Shown here piece by piece: positions 1-12,929 of a stretch of DNA of 64,000 nucleotides; the first letter of the stretch is position 1; every line of letters starts with the position of its first letter. Source of the DNA: Octopus vulgaris. Taxonomy: Eukaryota. The DNA lies in NCBI GenBank assembly GCA_951406725.2, contig OX597818.1, forward strand, positions 50,220,001 to 50,284,000, in the 5' to 3' direction. Made by a program: the position numbers and the translations under genes. Under the pieces are notes generated by a model. It worked only from the letters and a program-made list of their open reading frames with translations, was not told where the DNA came from and made no database searches.

Positions 1-2
1 AA

Positions 3-48
3 GACACCTGATGAAAGCTGGAGGGTATATCAGCCGAAATGTTGTGTT
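3..48 (+). ncRNA. Minimal type I hammerhead-ribozyme-like motif, probably from a Penelope-like element pLTR fragment (window edge)
   Basis: CTGATGA core (8-14), stem II GCTG/CAGC, GAAA (36-39), NUH triplet GTT (41-43), stem I GACAC (3-7) pairing with GTGTT (44-48); stem III reduced to the minimal form typical of Penelope hammerheads. Confidence 0.5.
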
Positions 49-237
49 AACAACAAACATGATGAGGACAGATATCCGTCAAATGTAAATAAAGCTTACT
101 CTTCACCCGTTTTTGAGTGAGGGTGGCCATCCTGCTTGTTACCTCCTCCCGCTTCTCCACCCGAAGATCTGGACCAAACAAGATCCAGAGCAATTCAACC
201 AAATGCTGCTGTTGCTACTGTCGCTGCTGCTGCTGCT

Positions 238-603
238 GTTGAGCGAACGGTCTTCGTCCCAGAGCTCGCAAGATGGGAGAAGTCCGAAACGTGGTCCTTT
301 GCTATTCGTAAGACCCGCAGAAGAGAAAGCAGGTCAACCCCCGACACCGAGAGCATCGACGGATGGATGAATGCGCATCCAGGCTCAGCGGTTGCGTAGG
401 AAGTCGGGGACAAGAAACAGGAAGAAAGAGTGAGAGAAATTTGGAGCGAAAGAGTACAACAGGGGTCGCCACCACCCCCTGTCGGAGCCTCGTGGAGCTT
501 TAGGTGTATTCGCTCTATAGACACACACAAAGCCCGATCTGGGAATCGAAACCGCGATCCTCCGACCGCGAGTCTGCTGCCCTAACCACTGGGCCATTGC
601 GCC
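238..603 (-). mobile_element. tRNA-derived SINE with (CAG)n tail
   Basis: Minus strand begins GGCGCAATGGCCCAGTGGTTAGGG...GGTTTCGATTCCC (A and B boxes) and ends in CAG repeats; CTG runs on both flanks. Confidence 0.7.
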
Positions 604-822
604 ACCACTGCTGCTGCTGCTGGGTGAATCGGACCCTGTACTATTACTTGTAGTTATTTGCTACCGGTCTGGAAAGAATCGAAATCAGAATGTAGAAGGG
701 TAATAGTCATAGCTGAGAGTCATTTGGTTCGGCGCTGAACCATTTACGCCAGTCTTGTGACTGAAAAAGAGTCGTTTGTTTTGATACCACCTTAACCACG
801 CATGTCACACAACCACGACCAC

Positions 823-1128
823 CACGACCACCACTATCACGACCACGACCACGACCACGACCACCACCACTACTACCACCACCACCTCCACCACCACCGC
901 CGCCACCACCACCACCGCCACCACCGTCACCACCACCACCGCCACCACCACTACCATTACCACCACCACCGCCGCCACCACAACCACCACCACCACCACT
1001 ACTACCACTACCACCACCACCGCAACCACCACCGCCACCACCACCACCACCACCACTACCACCACCACCATCATCACCACCACCACCACCACCACCACCA
1101 CCATACATACATACATACATACATACAT
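823..1128. repeat. Imperfect (CAC)n microsatellite followed by (TACA)n
   Basis: Visible directly; source of the poly-H/G/V ORFs. Confidence 0.97.
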
Positions 1129-1310
1129 GCATGATGATGATGGCCGTCCACTCGTGACCGAGGAAGACCATTGCCGACCTTCAGGAACATTGTGCGCTCT
1201 AGGACTAACTTATATTTTGCATTTGCGGCTCCGTTGGTGGCTAATGAGCCCTCCAATGAAGACACCTTGGGTCTAGGTTAGAAACCGGCTCTTTCTCTAT
1301 TTGCAAGAAA

Positions 1311-1696
1311 TCTCTCTCTATATAAACGGCAGTTTGTCTGTGCGTGTTTCTGTGTGTCTGTTAGGTTGTACCCTCACCCTGACCACGGCTTTCAACCGAT
1401 TCTGATGAAACTTGACACACACATAGCCCAATGTCATAATTCAAAACTAACGCAGCGAAAATTTTGAAAAGTTCCCCCAGTTCTGAAAAAAAATCGATAA
1501 ATTCGACATGGGGTCGAGAATGAGAAACCCAAACCACAGACCGTCTAGGGGACGCAACTCCACCTGTTTTAACTCTCAAAAAAAATTTACCATCATTTTT
1601 TTTCCATTTTTTTGCTATTTTTTGGCTATAACTCTCTAAAAATGCTTTATAGTTATTTCCCTTACAAACCTGAGCAACGCCGGGCGATACTGCTAG
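1311..1696 (+). mobile_element. Non-autonomous Helitron
   Basis: 5' TC, 3' hairpin (C)CTGAGCAACGCCGGG, terminal CTAG, inserted between A and T with no TSD (GCAAGAAA^TCTTGAAA); 3' end shared with three other copies in the window. Confidence 0.85.
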
Positions 1697-2072
1697 TCTT
1701 GAAATAAAACCGAACAATGACTTACAAACATAGACAGATATATAGATAATCAGATATACCAAAATATACGAGTTTTATGCATATATACAGGTAACCAGCT
1801 TGTCCGATGGTAAATGGACCCTTGCACCATTAGAATCCATATATGGGGGCCCATGTTAGTATCTAAGAGGCACATCCCCTCAAGTTCGAGAATTTTTTAT
1901 TCACTCCTGGAAGAATGTATTAATTATTTCAGCCTTGCTGTGTTTGTAGACATCTGGATAGAACACTTTTAACAAAAAAAAAAAAAAAAATGACAGCATT
2001 GTAGTTGCGGGTGGGTCCCCTGAGTCTCCTGGAAACCAATATTTTTAGACCCAGTCCGCCACTGCACATATA

Positions 2073-2621
2073 CCTATTTCTTTACTGCCCACAAGGGGCT
2101 AAACACAGAGGGGACAAACAAGGACAGACAAACGGATTAAGTCGATTACATCGACCCCAGTGCGTAACTGGTACTTAATTTATCGACCCCGAAAGGATGA
2201 TAGGCAAAGTCGACCTTGGCGGAATTTGAACTCAGAACGTAACGGCAGACGAAATTTGGCTACACAGAGGGGACAAACGAGGACAGACAAACGGATTAAG
2301 TCGATTACATCGACCCAGTGCGTAACTGGTACTTAATTTATCGACCCCGAAAGGATGAAGGGCAAAGTCGACCTTGGCGGAATTTGAACTCAGAACGTAA
2401 CGGCAGACGAAATTCGGCTACACAGAGGGGACAAACGAGGACAGACAAACGGATTAAGTCGATTACATCGACCCCAGTGCGTAACTGGTACTTAATTTAT
2501 CGACCCCGAAAGGATGAAAGGCAAAGTCGACCTCGGCGGAATTTGAACTCAGAACGTAACGGCAGGCGAAGTACGGCTACGCATTTCGCCCGGCGTGCTA
2601 ACGTTTCTGCCAGCTCGCCGC
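2073..2621 (-). mobile_element. Tandem trimer of tRNA-derived SINE family B (Meta-core-like)
   Basis: Three head-to-tail bodies, each with the GCC(T/C)TTCATCCTTTCGGGGTCGATAAATTAAGTACCAG-type core; only the outermost unit has the GGCGGCGAGCTGGCAGAAACG head. Confidence 0.85.
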
Positions 2622-3235
2622 CATCTATGCATATATGTGCGCGCGTATATGTAAAATCTATGTGTAAATGAGTCTGTACCTATTGTGTGTGTATGGTTGT
2701 TCGTGTAGGTGTGCGCGTGTATGTGTGTCCGCGTGTGTCTGTGTCTGTGTGTCTATGTGTCTGTGTGTCTATGAGTGAGCGCGTATATGAAGCATATTTG
2801 TTCCAAAAATGGCTTAAACCTGTAAAAATACGAAATATTCTAGCACACATCTTCAATTAAATCAAATTATAAATAGACTGTCCTCGATATGGCCGCTCGA
2901 GCTGTTAAAGATAGCAGCCATATCTCCCTCAAAACACACCTTATTGCAAAAAGAAAATAATAAATAAATAAAAATTAAATGAAAGACATATTAGATAACA
3001 TAATCCTATCCTCAATTTACACGAAAGAAAAAAAATGAGCTGGCCATGGTCAGAACGCTATTAATCATTATATATCTATTCAATCAAAACCGATTTGCTA
3101 CTAAATAGCAACGGTAATAATAATTAAAGATAATTTATAATTTTATTATGATTTATTTGTAACACCTTGGGCCCCCGGGGGACGATTCTTGTGAATGGAT
3201 TTGGTAAAGTGAAACTGTGTCGACACCCTGCGTAT

Positions 3236-3433
3236 ATATGTATGTATGTATGCGTGCGCATCTGTGTATGTGAGCGTATTTGTGTGTGTACATGTGCTTT
3301 TGTGTGTGCGTGTGTGCGTATTTGTGTGTTTGTATGTGTGTGTGTATGTTTGTGTGTGTGTATGTGAGGTATACGTGTGTATGTGTGTGTATGTGTGTAT
3401 GTATGTGTGTATGTATGTGTGTGTGTGTGTGTA

Positions 3434-3482
<49 letters not shown>

Positions 3483-3576
3483 GTGTGTATATGTGTGTAT
3501 GTGTGTGTGTATGTGTGTATATGCGTGTGTGTATGTGTGTGTGTGTGTGTGCGTGTGTGTATATGTGTGTATGTGT

Positions 3577-3649
<73 letters not shown>

Positions 3650-3676
3650 TATGTGTGTGTGTGTATGTGTGTGTGT
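3236..3676. repeat. (TG)n/(TATG)n microsatellite expanded inside a degenerate family A SINE (~3150-3880)
   Basis: Repeat visible; flanks match family A SINE (GGATTTGGTA...; GCTCCAGCATGGCCACAGTC). Confidence 0.9.
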
Positions 3677-4097
3677 ATCAATATTGGCTTGTTCACGGCC
3701 TCGTAACTTAACGGTTCAGCAAAACACGGATATAATATTATCTGGCTTAAAAAGAAAAAAGAAAAAAAAAACAAACAAAGAAAATTAAGAAAATAAATAC
3801 TGGAGTCGATTTCTCCGACTACGCCCCACTGAAGGTAGTGCTCCAGCATGGCCACAGTCCAATGACTGAAAAAAGCAAAAAAACAAAAAAAAAAATCAAA
3901 AGATTACATTTCATTTTATTTCAATTTACTATTGGTGAATTCGAACCTGTGATCTTAGCATCTCTACGGAGGATGGATTTCTGATGCACCTACGCATTAC
4001 AACACTCACCCAGGCTGCAGAGGTTGCCGAGCTCCATTTATGAATGAACAGCAAATGGCTACGATACGAAGACCGCCATCTCTAAATACGCTATTGG

Positions 4098-4136
4098 ACA
4101 CACACACGCACACACACATACACACACACACATACA

Positions 4137-4170
<34 letters not shown>

Positions 4171-4295
4171 CATAGATTAACACACATACATACATACATA
4201 CATACATACATACATACACACACACACATACATACATACATACATACATACATACATACACACACACACATACATACATACATACATACATACAT

Positions 4296-4330
<35 letters not shown>

Positions 4331-4540
4331 TACATACATACATATATATATATATACACGCACATACATACATTCTTTTATGTATGCGTATATAGATATA
4401 TATATATATATTTATTTATGTATGTGTCTATATGTATATGTGTATCTATATGTATATGTATATGTATATTTGTATATATGTATATAAATATATGTTTGTG
4501 TGTGTATGTATTTATGTATGTATATGGTATGTATACGTGT
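4098..4540. repeat. (TACA)n/(CA)n/(TA)n compound microsatellite
   Basis: Visible directly. Confidence 0.95.
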
Positions 4541-5324
4541 ATCGACCTTTTATGGAGAAACAAGGTCGTTAAATTTTTGGTATTGTTCCGTGAAAAAAAC
4601 AAATAACAAATAACAAACACAACAAAACACAACGAAAAAGAGAAAAAAAGAGAGAATTAAAAAACAACAAAAAAAGGCCAAACAAGCCAGTAGTAGTAGT
4701 AGTAGTAGTAGCAGTAGTAGTAGTAGAAGTAGTGAGAAAGGCTGAGATGTGGTTAAAGAATACAAGAAAGAAAGGAAGGAAGGAAGGAAGGAAGAAAGAA
4801 GGTGAAACTGAAAGTGAAACTGAAAGTGAACGCAAATGCAGAACAAAATATTGTGGTTACTATAGATGACATTGACGTCATAGTTTGCTAGTCGATGATG
4901 ACAGCAAAGCAGGAGCTCTTTATAGATTTTTATGAATGAAAATTCAGCTTTCGAGTGCCTGCATTTACAACCATCATCACATTGCCTGATGTTGCTCTAC
5001 CCACAAAGAAATAGTAGTATGCAGTTTCATAATTCCTTCATTCACAAGTCTACAGCCAGTTCTAGTCGTAATGGTAATCAATTGTAACCAATCAATACAA
5101 GCAGACTATTTCACCGAATACGAGACTATTTTTTTGCAGTTTTTTTTTTTTTTTACAACTAACACGAAATGACCAGTACAAGTGTTGTTGCCAAACAACA
5201 CCATCGTTTTGGAAAGAATAACCAAGAATCATTTTACAGACGTTTTTACGCGTCGTTGTTTATGCGATGTAAAACTATACCGACACCAGCTTCTCCTCTG
5301 TTTGTCTCGCTCCATATTTGGTTA

Positions 5325-5902
<578 letters not shown>

Positions 5903-6550
5903 TGTAGAAAACAAATCCGGTGAAGCACACTCGAAGGTGTAGAGCTGTATATATTTTCTACTGAGGAAGGCCGGTTTATGGGATTTCCCTGGGTTTCCCG
6001 TCCACAAAGGGTTTCACTTTCTGGCGTATCGTCAGACCCCAAAACCTGTTGGCCTAAGAACTTTTCAAAAAGATCCCCTGTCGAACGGAAGTAAAAAAAC
6101 CTGCATTCAACTGAGTACTCAATACCATATATAGAGCAGAGTTTTTGTTGTTTTTGTAAGGTAGCCCGACAGAAAAGCTTCATTGAGTGTCACAGTAGTG
6201 TGTGGAATGCCGCATGGATATACACGCGCGCACATATACATGCGTACATACGTCATACGTGCATGCATTCATATGTGTGAATGTGTTCGTGCAAAAGTTT
6301 AGATCAATAGTTATGTAATACACATGCACTCATGTATATATATATATGTGTGTGTGTGTTTGTATTTGTGTGTGTGTGTGTGTGTGTGTTATAAGATTAG
6401 CTAAGCAACTTCTTGTTCGTTATTACGTAACAAACTACAACTTGTTATGAAACGGCTGTAGTCTGTGTTTTACCTATTCCACTCTTTATCTATTTGATAT
6501 ATATATATATATATATATATATGAATGTATATAGTTTTTCATACATGTGT

Positions 6551-7329
6551 CATCATCATCATCATCATCATTGTTCGACCGTGGTCGAGACAATGGAATT
6601 TACTATGTTACGCCAGACTTCACGGTCCATCATGGCATTACGGAGGTCCTGTTGCTGGATGCCTGTATCCCTGGAGATTACATCAGGGTAGGAGTGTGTG
6701 CGCCCTCTGGTATCGCGAGCAGATGGCTTCCAGAGGAGAAGAGTAGAAATTACCTCGTTTTCAGCTCTACAACAATGTCCAGCAAACTGGACTCTTCTAC
6801 CTTTCACAAGAGATGATACAGGTGGTAAGTTTCCCATATATTTGTACTTTGGTTGGATGACTCTTCCACGAGAGATTTTGAGCTCTCATAAGGAGGCGAG
6901 TGTAAGTTTCATCCAACCGCCTCTCAAGCTTCTTTGATAACGTCCAGGTTTCTGAGCCATATAGTAGAATTGGTTCGACTGTGGCTTTGAAGATTTTAAG
7001 TTTGAATACTGCAGGGAGACACACTCGCCCCATTTCTCTTCATCATTGTCGTTGACAATGTGCTACGTATGTCAGTTGATACCATTTCTGATAAGGGCTT
7101 TGAAATGAAACCTAGAAGTTCTAGACACCCAGCTGAATACTTAACAGACACTGACTTTGCTGACGACATCGCTCTTATCAGTGATTCTCTCTCCAATGCC
7201 CAGTCTCTTTTACAATCTCTTGAACAAGCCTCAAATTGTGTAGGTCTTTACCTCAATGAGTCCAAGACTGAATATGTAAACGAGTGCCTTTCCAACAGTG
7301 ATTTCATCATCCATACTCTCAACAATACG
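6551..7329 (-). mobile_element. 5'-truncated, 5'-inverted RTE-like non-LTR retrotransposon
   Basis: Minus strand 7004-6551 encodes the RT C-terminal region (KLKIFKATVEPILLYGSETWTL...FAGHC...DREVWR) plus a (GAT)n tail. Plus strand 7005-7329 encodes RT core (LQGDTLAPFLF...DFADDIAL). Flanked by TACATGTGT direct repeats (6542-6550, 7330-7338). Confidence 0.9.
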
Positions 7330-7344
7330 TACATGTGTAGTTGT

Positions 7345-8460
7345 GATACTTGGCCACATCGTCAGTGTTGTATCCTGGAGTTCACTGAGTACTTTGGGTC
7401 CGAGAGCACACTCCCTCATCCAAACGATTCGACCTAAGTTGATTAAACCTAAGCCTTCCCTCCAAGTGGCATTATACTGACACCACCGATCAACTCCTTC
7501 CAGCCTGGGCCATCTCGATGCTTTCTTAGCAGCGTCTATGTTGTTAATGGTGGATCTTTTTCTGTTCTATTTTTAATGCCCAGGGCTGCCTTGGCCTTAT
7601 TAAAGGAAAGATCTGCGAGCCCTCGACTGCCCACATCCACTGGTAAAGAGTTGGTCCTCCACTCATTCCTGTTGCAGTCCGTCACCAGCTGATAGTTTAG
7701 CTTTTTTGCCTCAGAAACCGAGGAAGCATCTGTTCTCAACAATATCTGGGTTGTATGTGACAGAAAATTAAGCTACTTGTCAAGGCCATCTTTCATTAGT
7801 CAGTCACATACCTAGAAAATAAAACATTGGAGCTGTTCTTGGATTTTCTTCGACCGTTTTCCTTGCTTAACAACGGTTATATTTGTGTTAGTTTGAGCAT
7901 TTCTGCACTCACTGCTTTCTTGCAGATTGCCACAGCGATGAGCATAAAAATTTGATCATGTCTCCAGCGAGATCGTCCCTTATTCAGTGCCTTGAAACAG
8001 CTGTTAAGACTATGTTCTAGATTCTGTTTAAGATCACAAGTGTTTTCACTATGCCCTATGTAAATAGGGTGAATGAGTTGGGGAGAAAATTATAGACACT
8101 CTGGTTCAAGGTTTTGATCCTCTGTGGGATCTACTTCCAGATGTTCTGCTAGGTAGCATTTCACTCCTTCGCGTACTCCCACTTCATCCAGACACGCTGT
8201 TTCCGCATTGCCACCACTCTTTCTCCACTGTTGTTCGCACCTCCTCCCGCAGCAGCTTTCCCCTTCTCCTTCGTGCTAGCCGTTTCATAACGAGTTGTTA
8301 CTATACTTCCGAGTCCGGTCCTGCCCTGTATCACACTCCCAAGAAGAGCCTTGTGTTTCAGCCACTTCACTGCCTGCTGGTTGGACTACTTTGGCTATTT
8401 CCACTTTAATTCCTGCACTTGGCCATTTTTCACTTTAATTCCTGCAACAAACAACTTACC
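7345..8460 (-). mobile_element. Decayed HERO-clade (restriction-like endonuclease) non-LTR retrotransposon, 3' part
   Basis: Frame-disrupted peptides GSVIQGRTGLG...WMKWE, EHSLNSCFKALNKGRSRWRHDQI, PDIV, EAKKLNYQLVTDC...PVDVGSRG resemble the HERO/R2-group CCHC and RLE motifs in order. Confidence 0.75.
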
Positions 8461-8616
8461 AAGTTCCGTTACGAAAGCTTTGGAGCATCCAAATTTCGAA
8501 GAAGCGCAACAGGTTCTCATATTTTGAGTTGTAAACAGTGAGGAGAGAAAACAATGAGTTGAAGAGAATAAAGAAATTATGATGGATAGTTGACAGTATC
8601 ATTAATGCCAACTATA

Positions 8617-9016
8617 GGCGCAGGAGTGGCTGTGTGGTAAGTAGCTGGCTTACCGACCGCATGGTTCCGGGTTCAGTCCCACTGCGTGGAACCTTGGGCA
8701 AGTCTTCTACTATAGCCTCGGGCCAACCAAAGCCTTATGAGTGGATTTGGTTGACGGAAACTGAAAGAAGCCCGTCGTATATATGTATGTATGTATATGT
8801 TTGTGTGTCTGTGTTTATCACCCCCCCCCCCAACATCGCTTGACAACCGATGCTGGTGTGTTTACGTCCCCATAACTTAGCGGTTCGGTAAAAGAGACCG
8901 ATAGAATAAGTACTAGGCTTACAAAGAATAAGTCCTGGGGTCGATTTGCTCGACTAAAGGCGGTGCTCCAGCATGGCCACAGTCAAATGACTGAAACAAA
9001 TAAAGGAGTAAAAGAG
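8617..9016 (+). mobile_element. tRNA-derived SINE family A (full length)
   Basis: GGCGCAGGAGTGGCTGTGTGGTAAG...GGTTCAGTCCC head, internal TA/TG repeat, tail GGCGGTGCTCCAGCATGGCCACAGTCAAATGACTGAAAC plus GTAAAAGA-type repeats; many copies in the window. Confidence 0.9.
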
Positions 9017-9624
9017 TGCCCTTTATTATTTGGGTTGGGCTGGAACTTGGTGAATGATGCTATCATTAGCCTTCTGTACAATGTCATTTTGAGGAGCTTG
9101 GATGGTAGATTCAGAAAACCTTCTGCTGGTTTGCTATAATTCTGGGAGAGACCACGATAAATTTTTGAAGTATTTCCTCATATGTGTTATTGATTTTTCA
9201 CAATGTTTTTGGATATTGAAATTTCCATTCTCAGCGTTAACTGGTGGCAGGTCATTGCTCTCTACGGAAGTAAAATTTCTTTAAACTGCACTAACAAAAC
9301 ATCTCTGTTAAAAGAAAATCTCATCTGAGTAGATAGACGAAGTTTCCCACCTGTCTTCAAATATAGGATTCTTTAAGGCATCCTCTCAACTCCCAAGCAA
9401 GTGTATTCTTTGGGATTACGAACAGAGTTTTCCTGACAACTTCAGGAAATAAGATTATCAATTTATTCCCGATATCAGTGTTTGAGATCGTTCTAAGTGC
9501 AATAAAGAGTCGTAAATGTAGACTGATGTTTGTGAGACCCTGAGAACTCATTTCATATTTTCAGTTTGCTTTGCTTCAGAGCCTATGCTTGTCCAAATCA
9601 TGTCAAGACTGATTTCAAATTTTG

Positions 9625-10085
9625 CCACAAGGCCAGCAATTATAGGGTGGGGATAAGTCGATTACGTCGATCCCAGTTTTCAACTGATACCTATTTTATC
9701 GATCCCGAACGGATGAAAGGCAAAGTCGATCTTGGTGGAATTTGAACTCAGAACATGAAGACGGACGAAATACTACTACACATTTCGCTCGGCAAGCTAA
9801 CGAGTCTGCCAGTTCACCGCTTTAAATCGTTTGTCAATGTTACCCTCAAGACTAAGGCACTGAGCTGGCCGAATCTTTAGTACACCGGACAAAGTGCTTA
9901 GCAGCATTTCGTCCGTCTTTACGTTTTGAGTTCAAATTCCGCCGAGGTCGACTTTGCCTTTCATCCTTTCGAGGTCAATAAAATACGTACCAGTTGCGCA
10001 CTGGGGGTCAATCTAATCGACTGCCCCACACCCCACCCCACCTCACACCCAAAATTTCGGGCCTTGTGCCTAGAGTAGCAAAGAA
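9625..10085. mobile_element. Two family B SINEs head-to-head (9625-9822 minus, ~9855-10085 plus)
   Basis: Both contain the GAGTTCAAATTCC B-box and GCCTTTCATCC core, in opposite orientations. Confidence 0.8.
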
Positions 10086-10332
10086 AAGAATATTAGACAG
10101 ATGATGCTGTTACTCACATATACAACATCGCTAACATTCATATGTAACTTCTCAGCTATTTGGCACAAAGTCTCCCTGTAGCACTCCCCAACTCTGGCTC
10201 ATAGATGTGCTCTTTTCTTCCTTTGTATCTTTTGCTTCTACTTCGATAATTTCTGCTCGTCGAGACTGGCTACTTTCTTTCTGTCTCCATGTACCTCTCA
10301 TTACCCGTTTTGAGTCCACCAACCTTGCGGAG

Positions 10333-10660
10333 ACCCCCTTCGGTCACGAATGACCATGGGATTGCACCTAGAAAGTTACCCTCCGAGGCAGAAGTCCGGG
10401 CAAAGTTGTTTAAGGAAGACCAGCAGTCGCCCATGCATACCAACCTCCCCTCTCCACGCCACCAGTGTTATCCAAGGGAAAGGCAAAGGCTGATACAGCT
10501 TGGCACCTGTGACGTCGCAACTCATTTCTACCGCTGAGTTAACTGGAGCAACGTGAAATAAAGTGTCTTGCTCAAGAACACAACACGCAGCCCGGTCCGG
10601 GATTCGAACTCACAACTTCACGATTGTAAGCTCGATGCTCTAACCACTGAGCCATGCGCC
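10333..10660 (-). mobile_element. tRNA(Val-like)-derived SINE with CORE/V-like body
   Basis: Head GGCGCATGGCTCAGTGGTTAGAGCATCGAGCTTACAATCG...GAGTTCGAATCCC, then GTGTTCTTGAGCAAGACACTTTA; a related degenerate copy lies near 28340-28470. Confidence 0.75.
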
Positions 10661-10928
10661 TTCCACCAACCAGAACCGCAATAATCATAACACTATGTCT
10701 TTCCTGTTCAAAATTACGAGCCCCTGAAATGTCCCCCAGTTCATGACTTCCTGACAGTTTAAGTAGACCATAGGTGTCATTAATCACTCTGGTTTTGGAA
10801 GGTTTGTGAATACCGTGAGCGCTGTCCTTTCCTTAAGAATTATTAAATAAAAAAAAAAACAGGTCCTGAAGTTGCGTGTTTAAGATCGCTTATCACACTG
10901 GAGAAATACAGCTAGGGCCTGGTTTATA

Positions 10929-11324
10929 TCTTTATATATAAAAGTGAAGTTGTGTGTCTGTCTCCTACGATTTAGATTCCTAACTACTCCCACATTTTGC
11001 GGTGCAGTGTAACCAAAACCGGGTATCTTATAGTCGTGATTCATATCGAGCCCTTCTGGGTATTAGCGCGCGTCTACGATGAGTCTACGATTAAAAAAAA
11101 AAATTACCATCATTTTTTTCCCATTTGAAAGGAATTTTTCTGCTATTATATAAGGGAAGTAACTCTCTAAAAATGTATTATTAATCTCAGAACGTAAAAA
11201 GCTACAGTAACCCCCCCCCTTTGTGGTTAGCCATATTGAGATGGCTATTATATTTTACATCTCTAAAAATGCTTATATAGTTATTTCCCTTACAAACCCG
11301 AGCAACGCCGGGCGATACTGCTAG
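10929..11324 (+). mobile_element. Non-autonomous Helitron
   Basis: A^TC start, CCCGAGCAACGCCGGG hairpin, CTAG^T end, no TSD. Confidence 0.9.
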
Positions 11325-11329
11325 TATTT

Positions 11330-12120
11330 ATATAAACACCAATCAAAGAACATTATATGCAGTGAATCTCACCTATTGTTCAAGATGAAATTTTTCATAT
11401 CGCGGTGATTATTTTGAGCAACATTACAAACGACGTGAAGGATGTTCCTAACCTGAATTTTGACTACAGGTTTGGAAGAAAAGGTAGAAGAAATAATGCC
11501 AAGGCATAGCTAACAGATGATGAAGAAAATGTTTAAAAAGTTTCTTCTGTGCCTCACAAATATTATGCAATGATATCGAAGACCATTAAATGCTTTTCTG
11601 TAAAAAAATACATTGAGATACGTTAAGTAGTCTCAATTATTCTGCTTTTGGAGCCAATGAATTTAAATAATAATGATATAACAAGTATAGAATCAGAATA
11701 TAATAGTATTTATATGCTTAAATGGATTCAACACAACTAACATTAAAGAATTTTGGACAGAAATTATTTATTACAAAAATGCCACTAAAGGAAATCTCTT
11801 TAGAAATGTTGCAGTATTTGCTCTCAATCTTTTTAATGTTACCTAATTCAAATATTCTAGAAAGATATTTCTATTAAATGAATGTTATCAAAACAGAACT
11901 GAAAAAATAAGACGTGACTTCCAATGCTAGCAGCTGTTTTCTCTATAAAATATGACCTGAAATAACCTGATAAATGCTGCAACGATTATTATTTGCCTGA
12001 AGCAAAACTGCATGAAGTAAGCACAATGGACATAGATCTATCTGAGAAACAAAGTAACAGTACTGGAAATACTGAAGAATTTAACAATATTGAAGATTTA
12101 CTAGACACTAATTTAGATGT
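11330..12120 (+). pseudogene. Decayed hAT-superfamily transposase, C-terminal region
   Basis: Frameshifted peptides KEFWTEIIYYKNATKGNLFRNVAVFALNLF...MNVIKTELK...LAAVFSIKYDLK..DKCCNDYYLPE resemble the hAT dimerisation domain. Confidence 0.65.
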
Positions 12121-12222
12121 ATTAGTAAAGGTTTATTTCTACATTTCTTTAAAAAAAAAAAAGTAATTTGAGCTTTTTTTGTAGAAGTCTGGAGTTTAAC
12201 TTTTAATTTTATTAGGCAAATT

Positions 12223-12623
12223 GAATCTTTTCGGTTTGAACGGCAGTTTTTAACATAATTTCTAGGTAACTAAAATATTTTAAACTTCGTATAATGGTAG
12301 AATGTGTTTATAAAACCTATTTTTCTCTTGGCTTTATTGAGAAAATTCTATAGCTTGTAAGATATTTGTTGTTGTTTTTCTTCAATTTCTGCAGTTTCAA
12401 CCAATCACTGACGTATATTGAGGTAAAAAAAATATTCTGTGCCGTATGAATATGTCCCTCGTTTAAGAAACAGATTGGGTTTATTTACATTTGTGAAGAA
12501 AAAAGATACCCTTGCCCCACCCCTAACCTTAACCCTAACCCTAAAACAAATTGAAATGCAATAGATCGATTCTAGGGTCATGGGTAATTACCGCTAGAAA
12601 AACTGGTTCAAACGAAAAGATCC
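12223..12623 (+). mobile_element. hAT-type MITE with internal (CCCTAA)n
   Basis: TIR G(G/A)ATCTTTTCGGTTTGAAC...GTTCAAACGAAAAGATCC; near-identical to copies at 13569 and 25338. Confidence 0.85.
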
Positions 12624-12929
12624 GGAAATTGGCCAACTGGCAGGCTATGCCAAAGACTGATCATTATCATCTTCATTCGAAATCCAATTCCAACATAGTC
12701 AGTTTTGTACTCTAAAAGCGGAGAGGAAAAGTGGGTAACAAAAGCTAGAAAGAAACTTGTACTTATTCATATTTTCTAATGTTTAAAACTTAATTCAGAA
12801 ACAAATTGTGAAACTGAAAAGCGGAAAAAGCAAGATATTTTTTAAAAAATTGAAATTCATATGACACCACTAGAAAAAACTGACCTCCACTGTTTAAAAT
12901 ATAATAGTATAAGAGGTTTTAGCAATGCT

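Noticed and set aside
707-1171. Gly-rich, His-rich and Val-rich ORFs
   Set aside because: Translations of a (CAC)n microsatellite with no splice or domain support.
3934-4018. tRNA-Ser-like sequence on the minus strand (AGA loop, GGTTCGAATTC B-box)
   Set aside because: No consistent cloverleaf or acceptor stem; at most a decayed tRNA or SINE head.
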